Of a stretch of DNA of 44,878 nt, positions 8,797 to 18,523 are shown piece after piece. The stretch is taken from assembly GCA_041640575.1 (NCBI GenBank), contig JBEPZZ010000012.1, positions 1 through 44,878 on the forward strand, read 5' to 3'. Each line of letters opens with the position of its first letter. Positions within the stretch are counted from its first letter, which is position 1. Below the pieces are notes generated by a model that had not been told where the DNA came from, made no database searches, and saw only the letters and a list, made by a program, of their open reading frames with translations. The position numbers and the translations under genes are program-made. This stretch comes from Pseudothermotoga sp. (GTDB lineage: Bacteria > Thermotogota > Thermotogae > Thermotogales > DSM-5069).

Positions 8797-10368
8797 CTAC
8801 AACTTCTTGAAAAAATTCGTCATAGGTAGGTTTAATTCGTATCCGAGAGTAACCTTGCTCAATTTGATCACTGGTGGAAGTTGCTTTCTTTTGTATTCAC
8901 TTGTTCTAAGCATTTCATAGGTTTTATCCACTACTGCTGCATCGTATCCGAATTGAATTATTTCGTCCCTGCTCTTACCCTCTTCTATGTAAAGATCAAG
9001 TACAGAATCCAGTAACTCGTACGGTGGTAGTTTCTCTTGATCGTATTGACCAGGCCTGAGTTCAGCTGTCGGAAGTTTTGTGAAAACTCTTTCAGGTATC
9101 ACTTTTTTTCTCTTTTCATTGTACCACCGTGCAAGTTTGTAAACCTCGGTTTTATACAGATCGCCTATGACTTCTAGAGCACCCGCTGTATCACCGTATA
9201 AAGTACAGTACCCAACCGCAGCTTCACTTTTGTTACCAGTTGCGAGGATCAACCATCTAAATCTGTTTGAAAGCGTCATCAATATGGTTCCTCTTATTCT
9301 GGACTGCAAATTTTCTTCGGCAACAGTTAACTTATCATCTTTCACAATATCTTTGAAATTTTCAATGAAGGTGTCGAACATAGGCTTTATAGGGATTGTA
9401 AGTGACTTTATGCCAAGATTTTGTGATAGCATAAGGGCATCTTCAATGCTTTCTTTTGATGTAAACTGCGATGGCATCAGCACTCCAACAACATTTTCTG
9501 CCCCCAGAGCTTCAGTTGCTATTACAGCAACCAGTGACGAATCTATCCCACCGCTCAAACCGAGTGCTGCTTGTGAAAATCCGTTCTTGATGGCATAATT
9601 TTTCACACCGGTTTTCAAAGCATCGAAAACTTCTTCTTCAAAGCATGCAAAAGATGGATTAGAAAACTGTTTATCGATATCGACAGTCAGAACAGACTCC
9701 TCAAATTGTGGTGCCTTTTCGTAGCTTCCATCCTTTTTTACAACGAGACTTTGCCCATTGAAAACCAAACCGTCTTGTGATCCTGCTAAGTTCACTTGTA
9801 TAACCGTTGAAGACCGATTAACGGCTATTTTTCTCAGCTCTTCCAGTTTCTTTAAGCCAATTTTCTTGTGGTAAATGCCTATAGCGGGATTGATGATCAG
9901 ACTCTGTTCTGGTGCTTGAGTTGCAGCATTAATGTCAACTGTGATAAACAATTTCTTCCCCATAAATTCAATTGTGAAAGTGGGTTCACCTTTTTCAAAA
10001 TACTCACTCTCGTCAAAGACAGGTAATTTGTCCAGTTTTGCTTTTCCACAGTAACCAATCACGTGCCCTTTGTTGATTACAAGAGCACCAGTTTGGTAAC
10101 TTCCTTGATAGATAAATGGAGTTCCAAGGACGATTAGCGAATTTACTTGGGAAGATTCACGAACAATCAAGTGAATGTTTTCGTTTAATTCTTTCCAAAA
10201 TGTGGAATACTTTAGCAAATCCTTGGGAGGAAAGCCTGTTGTGCTGTAGAGTGGAAATATTAGAATTTCATCTTTCGATGTTCTTAAAATATCCATAATT
10301 CTTTTGCAATTTGCTTCTATAAACCCAACTATCGGATTAGGTTGTACCAGTGTTATTTTTGTGCTCAA
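8797..10368 (-). CDS. nadE: NAD+ synthetase, two-domain type (CN-hydrolase-like N-domain appears degenerate)
   Basis: GLSGGIDSS, ENLQSRIRG, TGNKSEAAVGYCTLYGD, AELRPGQYD, SEYKRKQ. The N-domain has a nitrilase-like pattern but lacks the FPE and ICED motifs. Confidence 0.93.
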   Translation of the reverse strand: MSTKITLVQPNPIVGFIEANCKRIMDILRTSKDEILIFPLYSTTGFPPKDLLKYSTFWKELNENIHLIVRESSQVNSLIVLGTPFIYQGSYQTGALVINKGHVIGYCGKAKLDKLPVFDESEYFEKGEPTFTIEFMGKKLFITVDINAATQAPEQSLIINPAIGIYHKKIGLKKLEELRKIAVNRSSTVIQVNLAGSQDGLVFNGQSLVVKKDGSYEKAPQFEESVLTVDIDKQFSNPSFACFEEEVFDALKTGVKNYAIKNGFSQAALGLSGGIDSSLVAVIATEALGAENVVGVLMPSQFTSKESIEDALMLSQNLGIKSLTIPIKPMFDTFIENFKDIVKDDKLTVAEENLQSRIRGTILMTLSNRFRWLILATGNKSEAAVGYCTLYGDTAGALEVIGDLYKTEVYKLARWYNEKRKKVIPERVFTKLPTAELRPGQYDQEKLPPYELLDSVLDLYIEEGKSRDEIIQFGYDAAVVDKTYEMLRTSEYKRKQLPPVIKLSKVTLGYELNLPMTNFFKKL

Positions 10369-13300
10369 TTATCTTCCTCCTTTCAATTGTCTGATCTGTG
10401 AAATAAGGGAATCAATCTTAGCTTCGACCGATGGTGAGAACGGGTTTCCGTCAACCTCAATTGCAATAAATGGCAGAGGCTTACCAAGGTTTCGACGCTT
10501 GTCTTCTATGGCTTTTTTGATTATTGCCTCAGAGATTCTACTTGGCATGCATCCAAAGGGGCCTATCGATATAACTCCGTTGTAGTATTCTCCAATTTCA
10601 GCCAGAGAGCTACCAATTGTTAGAATAGCTTCACCTGTCAAGCTTGGATTCAAATATCTGGAGGCAATTTCAACCAAATGTTTTACGTCAACCATTCGAG
10701 TGTCTGATATGCCAGCGCGCGCAAAAATCGATTTGACTCGTCTTTCAAAGTACCTCTTAATTTGAATTTCGATAAGTTTTTTCAAACGTTGAGCGTAAGT
10801 TGACTGCTTACTGGTAAGTTTTTTTAAGAATATATAATCGGTGTAGTAAATCCATTCATGTATTGGCGAAATTTGCATGATAATTCCTTCATCAGCAAGA
10901 ATTCTTTCCAAATTTTTCCTACTGAATTCATCCCATCTGACGTAGATTTCCCCGGTCAGTAAAACTCTGGGCATTTCTTTATATTTTTGTGAATAATTAA
11001 GTCTCTGGAGATCTTGGGAAATTAACTTCAAAGTCTCAAAAAGTTCGTTTGTAGTTGAGTTCTTCAGAGCATCAGTTATCATTTTTTCGTGTTTCCTTAT
11101 CAGTTCCGTTCTCTGTCTCTCGTCTTTGCATAGGGCAAGTAATGAGTTCTTGATATTCGAATAAACATCGGCTATTAATACAGCGATCCACGCTCTAAGC
11201 GTGAATTTTGCACCTAGACCTCCATAAGCATTCTCTGAGTTTAAAGATAACAAAGTCACATTTGGCACGTTGTTTTCGGCTATCCAGTTTTTCATGAAAA
11301 CACTGTATTGACCGAATCGGCATGGACCACTCGTAGTAGGCATGAAATACAAAGTAAGTTCTCTATCAGAACGCTCTGAAAGATATCTGATGAGACTTCC
11401 AAGTGTCAGCTGAAGTGGTAAACATTCTTTTGACAACGAGTTACCCTTTCCTATTTTGTATTCGATTTCACCCATCGGTGGACAAACATAAGTTTTCAGC
11501 CCAAATTTCTCAAAAACAGAAGCCAGGCATGAAGCGCCAAAGGCTCCCATTGTTGGGAAGACCAGTTTCACTCTCTCGTCCGTCCATGGAATCATCTCTC
11601 CATTTTTTTTGATAAAAACACCAGTTTTATCAATCTTGGTGTCAATAACACTTGTTTTTTCCGTGCTTGACTCAAAAGTTTTTCCCCTTCGCAATCTCAC
11701 AATGTCAAAGAATGCTTCCAATCTTGTCTCGATACCGGTATCTGATGTATGACTGTCAAGCTCTAGTATCAATGCCGGTTTGCCTTTCATTACGTATTTA
11801 AAGTATGTCAGAATAAACGAATCAGGACCGCAACTGAAGTTTGTTATATAAACTGGGTATAAATTCGGATGCTTTCTAACGAATCTTGCCGCTTTTAATA
11901 TCATTTCACCCCATGCCCAATACATCCCCTCAAATCCCTGTTCCTCCTCATATGGTAAGGCGTCGAAACTTATGACAGGATACCCATAACTTGATATTTT
12001 CTTAGCAATGTTTAAATTAGCGATACTTGAGAAGGCATTGTAGGATCTACCAAAGATTACGATACCAATGCGATCACTGGTTTCTTTCAAGAACTTTTCT
12101 CCAAGTTCTTTCAACTGCTTTTCGTATTTCTCTTGTGCTTGAATCGCACTTTCAAAGGCATGTTTTACACTTTGTGCATCAATTCCAATTGGTTCAAACA
12201 TATTGCATATCTCTTTGAAAATTTGCTCTTTTGAGTCAGTGAAATCAATTTTGCATGTCAGCACTTTGAAATCATTAAGATCTGGGATATCTGCCAAAAG
12301 CCAATCTAGTTCACTTTGAACGAAAGGACATATTGAACCTTTCGTATTGGAATTCTCGACTCTCAAAGCCCTTATTCTTGGTATGAAAATATAGTCGGGT
12401 TTCTTTGCTATTAACGAAAGCATGAATCTGTGGGAAAGTTCCACTGGGAAACAAAATTCAGATCCCATGAATTCGTTCGCTTCTTCTTTCACTTTATCTG
12501 GAAGGACCACATCAAATCCAAGCTCCGTAAACAGAGTGGAGAAAAATGGGAACATTGAATTCATTACAAAGGATCGACTAATACCAACTGATCCTTTCTT
12601 TTCCTTTGGTTGCCTAATTTCAAATACGAGATTTTCTCGAAGCTCAGTGTAATCTGTCGCCTGGTTTTGAAAATCAATTCTAACACTTTCGTATTTGTTG
12701 CAAGCGCCTCCAAAAGGAATTTTCTTTCCATCTATTTCAAGCAAGCTTATTAAGCATTTTCTATCACAATTTATGTTTCCACCGGTACAAACGAAAGGTT
12801 TAAGATATTTAACTTGGCGTGCAATTAGTTCATCTAAGTTGAAGGATTGTTTCTGCAGAACATTCTTTTCGATGTTCTCCAAAGTTATCAATGCCACGCC
12901 ATAAGCTCCCATTAATCCAGGTTCTGGTGGTACTATAACTTCCTTACCTGTCAGGGCCGCTATTGCATACGGAACAGCTTTGTTGTAGCATGTTCCGCCT
13001 TGGGCAAAGAGTTTCTTTCCAACAGGTCTGTTGCCTTTGACTCTATTTATATAGTTCATGCACACAGAATAAACAAGGCCAGCGCAAATGTCTTCATGAC
13101 TTATGCCTTCTTGAATTGCAGTTTTTATATCACTGCTTATGAATGCAGCGCATTGATCGCTGAAATTCGGAGGATTTTTGGCTTTCATTGCGTAATCAGC
13201 TATCTCGGTGTAAGCAATACCAAGAGATTCCTTAGCTGCTTCTTCAAGGAAGGAACCAGTTCCAGCAGAGCAAGCTTCATTCATAGCATAATCATAGGGT

Positions 13301-14523
13301 GTGCCATCACTTAGATATGTATACTTGGCATCCTGTCCACCTATTTCAAAAATTGTGTCAACTTCCTTATCAAAAAAAGCCGCTGCTTTTGCATGTGCCA
13401 TTATTTCGTTGTAAATTGCGCTTGTGCGTGCATGCAATCCCACTATTTTCCTACCCGATCCTGTAATTCCAATTCCGATAATCTTTATTGGGACATTTAT
13501 TTGGTTTTTTATTTGTTCATAACATTTCTTCGCTGCACTAATTGGATCGCCGAGAGTTCTCAGATAACTGCTTGCAACAATTGTTTTATCCTTGATTTTA
13601 ATCAGAACGGCTTTAGTCGTTGTTGAGCCAACATCTACACCTAATACGCATTCATCATTCTCCTCCAAAACACCGCGTTTCATTTCCTTAAACTGAACAA
13701 GCGAAGAAAAGTTCGTTAATGGCTCTAGTCTGGTGAAAACTGAGGGAAGTTTGCTTGGTATTAGAGTGGCTTTTTTAACTGGTTGTGGGTTGGTTTCTTT
13801 GACCCATAGATAAGCTCCAAAAGCCTCAAAATAGCTTGATTCCTCGGGTATAGTTATCTCCAAATGACCGTCAAGGTGCCTCAACATAAGCTTATTTCTC
13901 GTAACTCCTCCAACGATCAGAAGCTTTCTGACCTTTGCTATTCGTGCGAGCTGAAGAATTTTATCTGCCATCACTTTTCCAAGTCCACCCAATACAGCTT
14001 CCTTTGGTACTCCTCTATTTAAAGCATGTGTACAATCGCTTTTACAGAACACCGTACAGCGTGCAGACAACTTGTACACGTCGTTTGAATCATTCAGTTT
14101 ATCAAGTTCTGTAAGTTCTATTCCCATTCTTCTTATTTGTTGAACGAAGAAATCACCAGTTCCAGAAGCACACTTGCTACCAGTATAGACACTGTTTACA
14201 TGGCCATGATCATCAAGCTTGTAAAGTATGAAGTTCTCTGCTCCGGCTGTAACTATGGCCTCATAATCACCATATTTCTTTCTTAAGGCATTGTAAGCTC
14301 GTTGACAAGCCTCGGCTTCTGAAATTCTTGGAGCGTTGAAGAATCTTCTAAGTTTTCGACCCGTTATGGCTATGGAAAGCTCATCTGAAAAGTTCTCAAG
14401 AATTTGGCGAACTACCTTTATGGGATCTCCATTGTGTGGAATCCATAGATTAAAATTCTCATCTGAATAAACTGAAACGCTGCTGGAACCCACACAAAGG
14501 CCAACTTTCATTCTTTTCATCAC
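10369..14523 (-). CDS. BadF/BadG/BcrA/BcrD double activase + DUF2229/dehydratase-like fusion (PlsA / glycerol ester reductase-like)
   Basis: 1384 aa; two activase modules (KCASGTG..RCTVF; GVDVGSTTTK..EIGGQDAK..ACSAGTG..QCAAF), then CFP, NFSCGPDS, ECLP, GPCRFGQY, GEIYVR, PFGCMP motifs. The true start may be ATG 14520 or 14511. Confidence 0.88.
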   Translation of the reverse strand: MMKRMKVGLCVGSSSVSVYSDENFNLWIPHNGDPIKVVRQILENFSDELSIAITGRKLRRFFNAPRISEAEACQRAYNALRKKYGDYEAIVTAGAENFILYKLDDHGHVNSVYTGSKCASGTGDFFVQQIRRMGIELTELDKLNDSNDVYKLSARCTVFCKSDCTHALNRGVPKEAVLGGLGKVMADKILQLARIAKVRKLLIVGGVTRNKLMLRHLDGHLEITIPEESSYFEAFGAYLWVKETNPQPVKKATLIPSKLPSVFTRLEPLTNFSSLVQFKEMKRGVLEENDECVLGVDVGSTTTKAVLIKIKDKTIVASSYLRTLGDPISAAKKCYEQIKNQINVPIKIIGIGITGSGRKIVGLHARTSAIYNEIMAHAKAAAFFDKEVDTIFEIGGQDAKYTYLSDGTPYDYAMNEACSAGTGSFLEEAAKESLGIAYTEIADYAMKAKNPPNFSDQCAAFISSDIKTAIQEGISHEDICAGLVYSVCMNYINRVKGNRPVGKKLFAQGGTCYNKAVPYAIAALTGKEVIVPPEPGLMGAYGVALITLENIEKNVLQKQSFNLDELIARQVKYLKPFVCTGGNINCDRKCLISLLEIDGKKIPFGGACNKYESVRIDFQNQATDYTELRENLVFEIRQPKEKKGSVGISRSFVMNSMFPFFSTLFTELGFDVVLPDKVKEEANEFMGSEFCFPVELSHRFMLSLIAKKPDYIFIPRIRALRVENSNTKGSICPFVQSELDWLLADIPDLNDFKVLTCKIDFTDSKEQIFKEICNMFEPIGIDAQSVKHAFESAIQAQEKYEKQLKELGEKFLKETSDRIGIVIFGRSYNAFSSIANLNIAKKISSYGYPVISFDALPYEEEQGFEGMYWAWGEMILKAARFVRKHPNLYPVYITNFSCGPDSFILTYFKYVMKGKPALILELDSHTSDTGIETRLEAFFDIVRLRRGKTFESSTEKTSVIDTKIDKTGVFIKKNGEMIPWTDERVKLVFPTMGAFGASCLASVFEKFGLKTYVCPPMGEIEYKIGKGNSLSKECLPLQLTLGSLIRYLSERSDRELTLYFMPTTSGPCRFGQYSVFMKNWIAENNVPNVTLLSLNSENAYGGLGAKFTLRAWIAVLIADVYSNIKNSLLALCKDERQRTELIRKHEKMITDALKNSTTNELFETLKLISQDLQRLNYSQKYKEMPRVLLTGEIYVRWDEFSRKNLERILADEGIIMQISPIHEWIYYTDYIFLKKLTSKQSTYAQRLKKLIEIQIKRYFERRVKSIFARAGISDTRMVDVKHLVEIASRYLNPSLTGEAILTIGSSLAEIGEYYNGVISIGPFGCMPSRISEAIIKKAIEDKRRNLGKPLPFIAIEVDGNPFSPSVEAKIDSLISQIRQLKGGR

Positions 14524-15824
14524 CTCTTAAGGTCCAGTTCCCTCACATATCTTGCTAGATAATTTGCTATGTTTTTGACTTCTAATTCATCCCGCCCCTC
14601 AACCATAATTCTTACAAATTTCTCTGTACCAGATGCTCTTATAACAATTCTATAACCAGGTCTTTCTAACAAAGAGATCTCTCTCAATAGTTCTTCATTT
14701 TCAGCTACTGTTTTATCCTTAACTTCCACGTTTATCATGATTTGCGGAAAGTCAACAATCATTTTCTCTAATTCTGTTGCCTTCCGACCGGATTTAACCA
14801 TGACAGAGAGAAATTCCAAAGCCGTTATTAATCCGTCACCAGTAGTCGATCTATCCAAGAAAATTATATGGCCGGATCTTTCTCCCCCTAGATTTGAGTT
14901 TGTTTCGAGCATTTTTTCAAGTACATACCTGTCCCCTACCTTAGTTCTTAGCATTTTGATACCCTTCTCACTCAGGAAAGTTTCTAAGCCAAGGTTACTC
15001 ATAATTGTTGCAACGACGATGTTGTTTCGAAGACGTCCTTCTTGATGCATTTGCAGTGCGACCGTTCCAATTATTTTGTCACCATTTATTTCATTACCGC
15101 TTGGACTGAGAAGAATGCATCTGTCAGCATCTCCATCGTGTAAAATTCCTAAGTCATAGCCGTCTATGTATTTTGCCAAAAAGTCAGGATACAAAGAACC
15201 ACAATTTTCGTTTATATTTCGACCATTTGGATTGGTTGCGTATGTGTCAACTTTTATACCAAGTTCATTCAGTACCCTTGGTGTTGTTTTGTAAGCTGCA
15301 CCATTTGCAGCATCCACAGCAACTCTTAGACCTTGGAAATCTATTTTTTCATACATCTTCTTTACTGCGTTAATGTATATCTCTTCTGCCTGAGGAAAAT
15401 CCACAACTTTTCCTTTCAAAGACGTCTGATTGAACCAATTTGAACTTTCTATCATCTGTTGTATTTGATCTTCCTCTTCATCTGGTAGTTTGTAACCAGA
15501 TCTAATGATTTTTATTCCGTTGTATTCATAAGGATTATGAGAAGCCGATATGACAATACCTACACACTCAAGTGATTTTGTCACCAAAGCTGCGGCAGGT
15601 GTTGGAAGAATTCCAGCAAGCAATACAGTTGCGCCGCTTTTTGTTAAACCTGAAACTAGCGCCTGTTGTAGTAATTCTCCAGATTCTCTGGTATCTCTTA
15701 CAACAAGGAATTGTTGGTCGCGATGTTTTTCACCCAATGCTCTGCCGATTTTAAAAGCCAGTTCCTCAGTCAATTCCTCGCCAAATATTCCTCTTATTCC
15801 ATCTGTACCGAAAAGTTTGTTCAT
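14520..15824 (-). CDS. glmM: Phosphoglucosamine mutase
   Basis: FGTDGIRG, ISASHNP (phospho-Ser), DGDADR, VGDRYV, GGERSGH, TGDG, RASGTE. Confidence 0.95.
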   Translation of the reverse strand: MNKLFGTDGIRGIFGEELTEELAFKIGRALGEKHRDQQFLVVRDTRESGELLQQALVSGLTKSGATVLLAGILPTPAAALVTKSLECVGIVISASHNPYEYNGIKIIRSGYKLPDEEEDQIQQMIESSNWFNQTSLKGKVVDFPQAEEIYINAVKKMYEKIDFQGLRVAVDAANGAAYKTTPRVLNELGIKVDTYATNPNGRNINENCGSLYPDFLAKYIDGYDLGILHDGDADRCILLSPSGNEINGDKIIGTVALQMHQEGRLRNNIVVATIMSNLGLETFLSEKGIKMLRTKVGDRYVLEKMLETNSNLGGERSGHIIFLDRSTTGDGLITALEFLSVMVKSGRKATELEKMIVDFPQIMINVEVKDKTVAENEELLREISLLERPGYRIVIRASGTEKFVRIMVEGRDELEVKNIANYLARYVRELDLKR

Positions 15825-16363
15825 TTCTTCACTCCTTTCAATAGCTCATTAGCTTTGTTCAATTCACCTTGTTTTCTATAGATTTCAGCAAGCAATTCTA
15901 CGATTTTTTGCTTGTACGGTAAATCTATAAGATTGATATATTGTTCTAAGACTAACTTTGCTTCGTTGACACGGTTGGAATTGACTAAAGATAAAGATAG
16001 AAGATAAACGATTTCCGCGGTTTTGGGATCATCTTGTTCAATTTCCGATAAGGCTCGCTTGAAAAAATCAGCAGCTAATGAATAATTTCCAAGGTTGAAC
16101 TCGGAAACACCGCGATTGTAGAGATCCTGTAATTTTCTTTTTTGAAGATTTTTCTTCAGATATTGGAGTTCGTCTAGCTTGTACAAATCCATATACTTCA
16201 AGAATTCATCATATTTTTCCATAGCAAAAAGTTCGTATGCTCTAACAATTCTTCTTGTTTTAATTAGTTGAGATCGTTGCGTTTTGTACATGTACAAGGA
16301 AGTCAGAAACATTAGCGCGAAAATTGTTAACAGTATCAAGAAAAATTTTTCTCTACTTTTCAT
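15821..16363 (-). CDS. Membrane-anchored TPR protein
   Basis: Single N-terminal hydrophobic helix, then TPR-like repeats (LYNRGVSEFNLGNYSLAADFFKRAL...). ATG 16363 overlaps the yigZ stop (ATGA). Confidence 0.75.
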   Translation of the reverse strand: MKSREKFFLILLTIFALMFLTSLYMYKTQRSQLIKTRRIVRAYELFAMEKYDEFLKYMDLYKLDELQYLKKNLQKRKLQDLYNRGVSEFNLGNYSLAADFFKRALSEIEQDDPKTAEIVYLLSLSLVNSNRVNEAKLVLEQYINLIDLPYKQKIVELLAEIYRKQGELNKANELLKGVKK

Positions 16364-16962
16364 ACAACTTCCCATTCTTCACCCATGAGAATTACTCTCT
16401 CAGAATTCCTGGCAGGCAAGGATTTGCCAATGAATTCTATTTCAACTCTTTCGTGCTGCTCAATCTTAACTATTCTATAGCCAAGTTTTCTAAGTTCTTC
16501 CAAGATTTTGGACATTTCCTCGTAATTACATGTGATTCGATAACGGAAGAATTTTTCAATACTGACTATTTTTGCTTTCAAAACAGCCTCTTTTGTTGCA
16601 TCTTTATAGGCCTTGATCAGGCCGGTTATACCCAGTTTCACACCGCCAAAATATCTGACTACTACACATAGAACATTTATCAGCTTGTAGGATCTTAAGA
16701 CGTTTAGGATCTGAATTCCTGCCGTACCTCTTGGTTCTCCTGCATCTGAAAAAGCTTCCTCCAATTTGTCATTGAGTAACCGGTATGCCCAGCAAACATG
16801 GGTAGCGTTAGCATGCTTTTTTTTGATCTCTTTTTGTCTTTCAGAAACTTCTTCGTGGTTGCAGCATCTAATCAGATAAGAGTGGAAAACCGATGCTTTT
16901 TCTTTCAATTCGGCCTCGACCGGCTCCGCAATGCTAAGAATGCTGCAGGATTTATCACTCAC
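16360..16962 (-). CDS. yigZ: YigZ/IMPACT family protein
   Basis: ATHVCWAYR, SDAGEPRGTAG, VVRYFGGVKLG.TGLIKAY. GTG 16962 overlaps the murB stop. Confidence 0.9.
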   Translation of the reverse strand: MSDKSCSILSIAEPVEAELKEKASVFHSYLIRCCNHEEVSERQKEIKKKHANATHVCWAYRLLNDKLEEAFSDAGEPRGTAGIQILNVLRSYKLINVLCVVVRYFGGVKLGITGLIKAYKDATKEAVLKAKIVSIEKFFRYRITCNYEEMSKILEELRKLGYRIVKIEQHERVEIEFIGKSLPARNSERVILMGEEWEVV

Positions 16963-17813
16963 CAAAACTCCACCTCTGGTTCTAATTGTACGCCATAGGT
17001 GGTCATAACCTTTTGTTGGATGAATTCCACCAGCGATCTTATATCCCTTGCAGTCGCGTCACCACTATTTACAATAAAACCTGCATGCTTCTTTGAAACC
17101 TCAGCTCCACCTATTTTGAAACCTTTTAAGCCAAGTTCCTCTATGGCCTTTCCAACGTAGAAATCTGGTCTTGGCCTTTTGAAAACACTTCCAGCACTTG
17201 GTTGGTCAAGTGGTTGAGTCTCAATCCGTCTCTTCAAGATACTTTCCATGCGCCGCATTATGGATTTCGAATCATCTGACTGTAATTTTAAAGCTACTCT
17301 GAGAATTATCCATTTTTTTTCTTGAAAGATACTCCACCTATAAGAAAAACTGAGTTCCTCTTTTCGCAAAGTAAAAATTTTCTCTCCGTCGAAAACTTCG
17401 GCAAATTCGATAAGTTGCCCAATTTCTCCACCATAAGCTCCCGCATTCATGTACACTGCTCCTCCGATTGTTCCAGGAATGCCGTAAGCGAATTCCAATC
17501 CCGAAAGGCCAGCTTCTGCTGCGACTTTGCAAAGAGTAAGCAAGGTGGTTCCAGCTTCACATATCACTACATTGTTATCCACATTTATTTTTCGTAGCTC
17601 TAAAGTTGAAATAACTACTTCGATTCCATTATCTGGTGCAATTATATTTGTCCCTTTTCCTAAAATTCTAGCTCCGGGAAACTGCTTGTAACAACAAGTG
17701 AAAGAGTCAACATTCAACGGCTCAATAAAAATTTTTGCAGGACCACCTACACGCATACTGGTATGAAGGCTCAAAGGTTCGTTGAAAATGAATCTGCACA
17801 ACGAATTGTTCAT
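16959..17813 (-). CDS. murB: UDP-N-acetylenolpyruvoylglucosamine reductase
   Basis: HTSMRVGGPA, LGKGTN, GIPGTIGGAVYMNAGAYG, QPLDQPSAGSVFKRP, KHAGFIVN, LEPEV. Confidence 0.97.
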   Translation of the reverse strand: MNNSLCRFIFNEPLSLHTSMRVGGPAKIFIEPLNVDSFTCCYKQFPGARILGKGTNIIAPDNGIEVVISTLELRKINVDNNVVICEAGTTLLTLCKVAAEAGLSGLEFAYGIPGTIGGAVYMNAGAYGGEIGQLIEFAEVFDGEKIFTLRKEELSFSYRWSIFQEKKWIILRVALKLQSDDSKSIMRRMESILKRRIETQPLDQPSAGSVFKRPRPDFYVGKAIEELGLKGFKIGGAEVSKKHAGFIVNSGDATARDIRSLVEFIQQKVMTTYGVQLEPEVEFW

Positions 17814-17818
17814 AGATT

Positions 17819-18523
17819 CTATACCTTTCGAACGTGATTAACAAAACTTTCTACGTCGTTTGTGATGACACCATCAATTAAATGACTTATCTTGTCAAAC
17901 TTTTCAATATCATCGAGCGTCCAAATGTATATTCTAACCTTGTTTTGTTTCGTCATTTCACATATTTTTGAAAAGATTGGTGGATAATCAGCCAGTTGGT
18001 GTGGCAAGTGCATTGAATAAGGTTTGTGTGAAAGTAGATTTCTTATTAAATCAATGGGATTATTCCTGAGTTCCTCGCCAACTAGGAAGCCGAATTTAAA
18101 GTCGCTGTGTTTTTGAATTAACTCAGATATCAATTCGTGGTCGAAGGATGAAATCACGGTTTGCTCAACAAGACCGTATTTTTTTATCAAGAAAATAGCT
18201 TGTTCCGATACTTCCCTTTCTTTGAACTCTGCATTGATTATCTTTCCAACCGGTACAATTTTCAATACCTCTTCAAAAGTTGGTACTTTTTCTCCATTTG
18301 ACATGAATTCTTTGAGTTCTTTCAGTGTTAGTTCTTTGACCTTTTTTGAAACATTGCAGAAGCTTTCCAAATTGTCGTCGTGAATAACCACGACCGTGCC
18401 GTCTTTGGTCATCCTCAAATCTAGCTCTATACCATCAGCACCAAACTGGAAAGCTTTTTGAAAGGCGGTAAGTGTGTTCTCTTTAAATCTTTTTGAATAT
18501 CCTCTGTGTCCAAGGATTACCAA
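17819..18523 (-). CDS. Glycerophosphodiester phosphodiesterase (GlpQ/UgpQ family, cytoplasmic)
   Basis: GHRG, ENTL.AF, GIELDLRMTKDG..VVIHD, ISSFD, IWT, DGVITN. Confidence 0.93.
   Translation of the reverse strand: MVILGHRGYSKRFKENTLTAFQKAFQFGADGIELDLRMTKDGTVVVIHDDNLESFCNVSKKVKELTLKELKEFMSNGEKVPTFEEVLKIVPVGKIINAEFKEREVSEQAIFLIKKYGLVEQTVISSFDHELISELIQKHSDFKFGFLVGEELRNNPIDLIRNLLSHKPYSMHLPHQLADYPPIFSKICEMTKQNKVRIYIWTLDDIEKFDKISHLIDGVITNDVESFVNHVRKV

Noticed and set aside
11603..11610. A8/T8 homopolymers in the Ger-like gene and in yigZ (16817-16824) as phase-variation sites
   Set aside because: Runs of this length are expected in AT-rich, Lys-rich sequence, and both frames are intact.
581..17597. 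Many 60-156 aa + strand ORFs opposite the long minus-strand genes (e.g. 581-913, 5257-5727, 9167-9598, 14737-15045)
   Set aside because: They are antisense shadows of well-supported genes, with no motifs or SD support.
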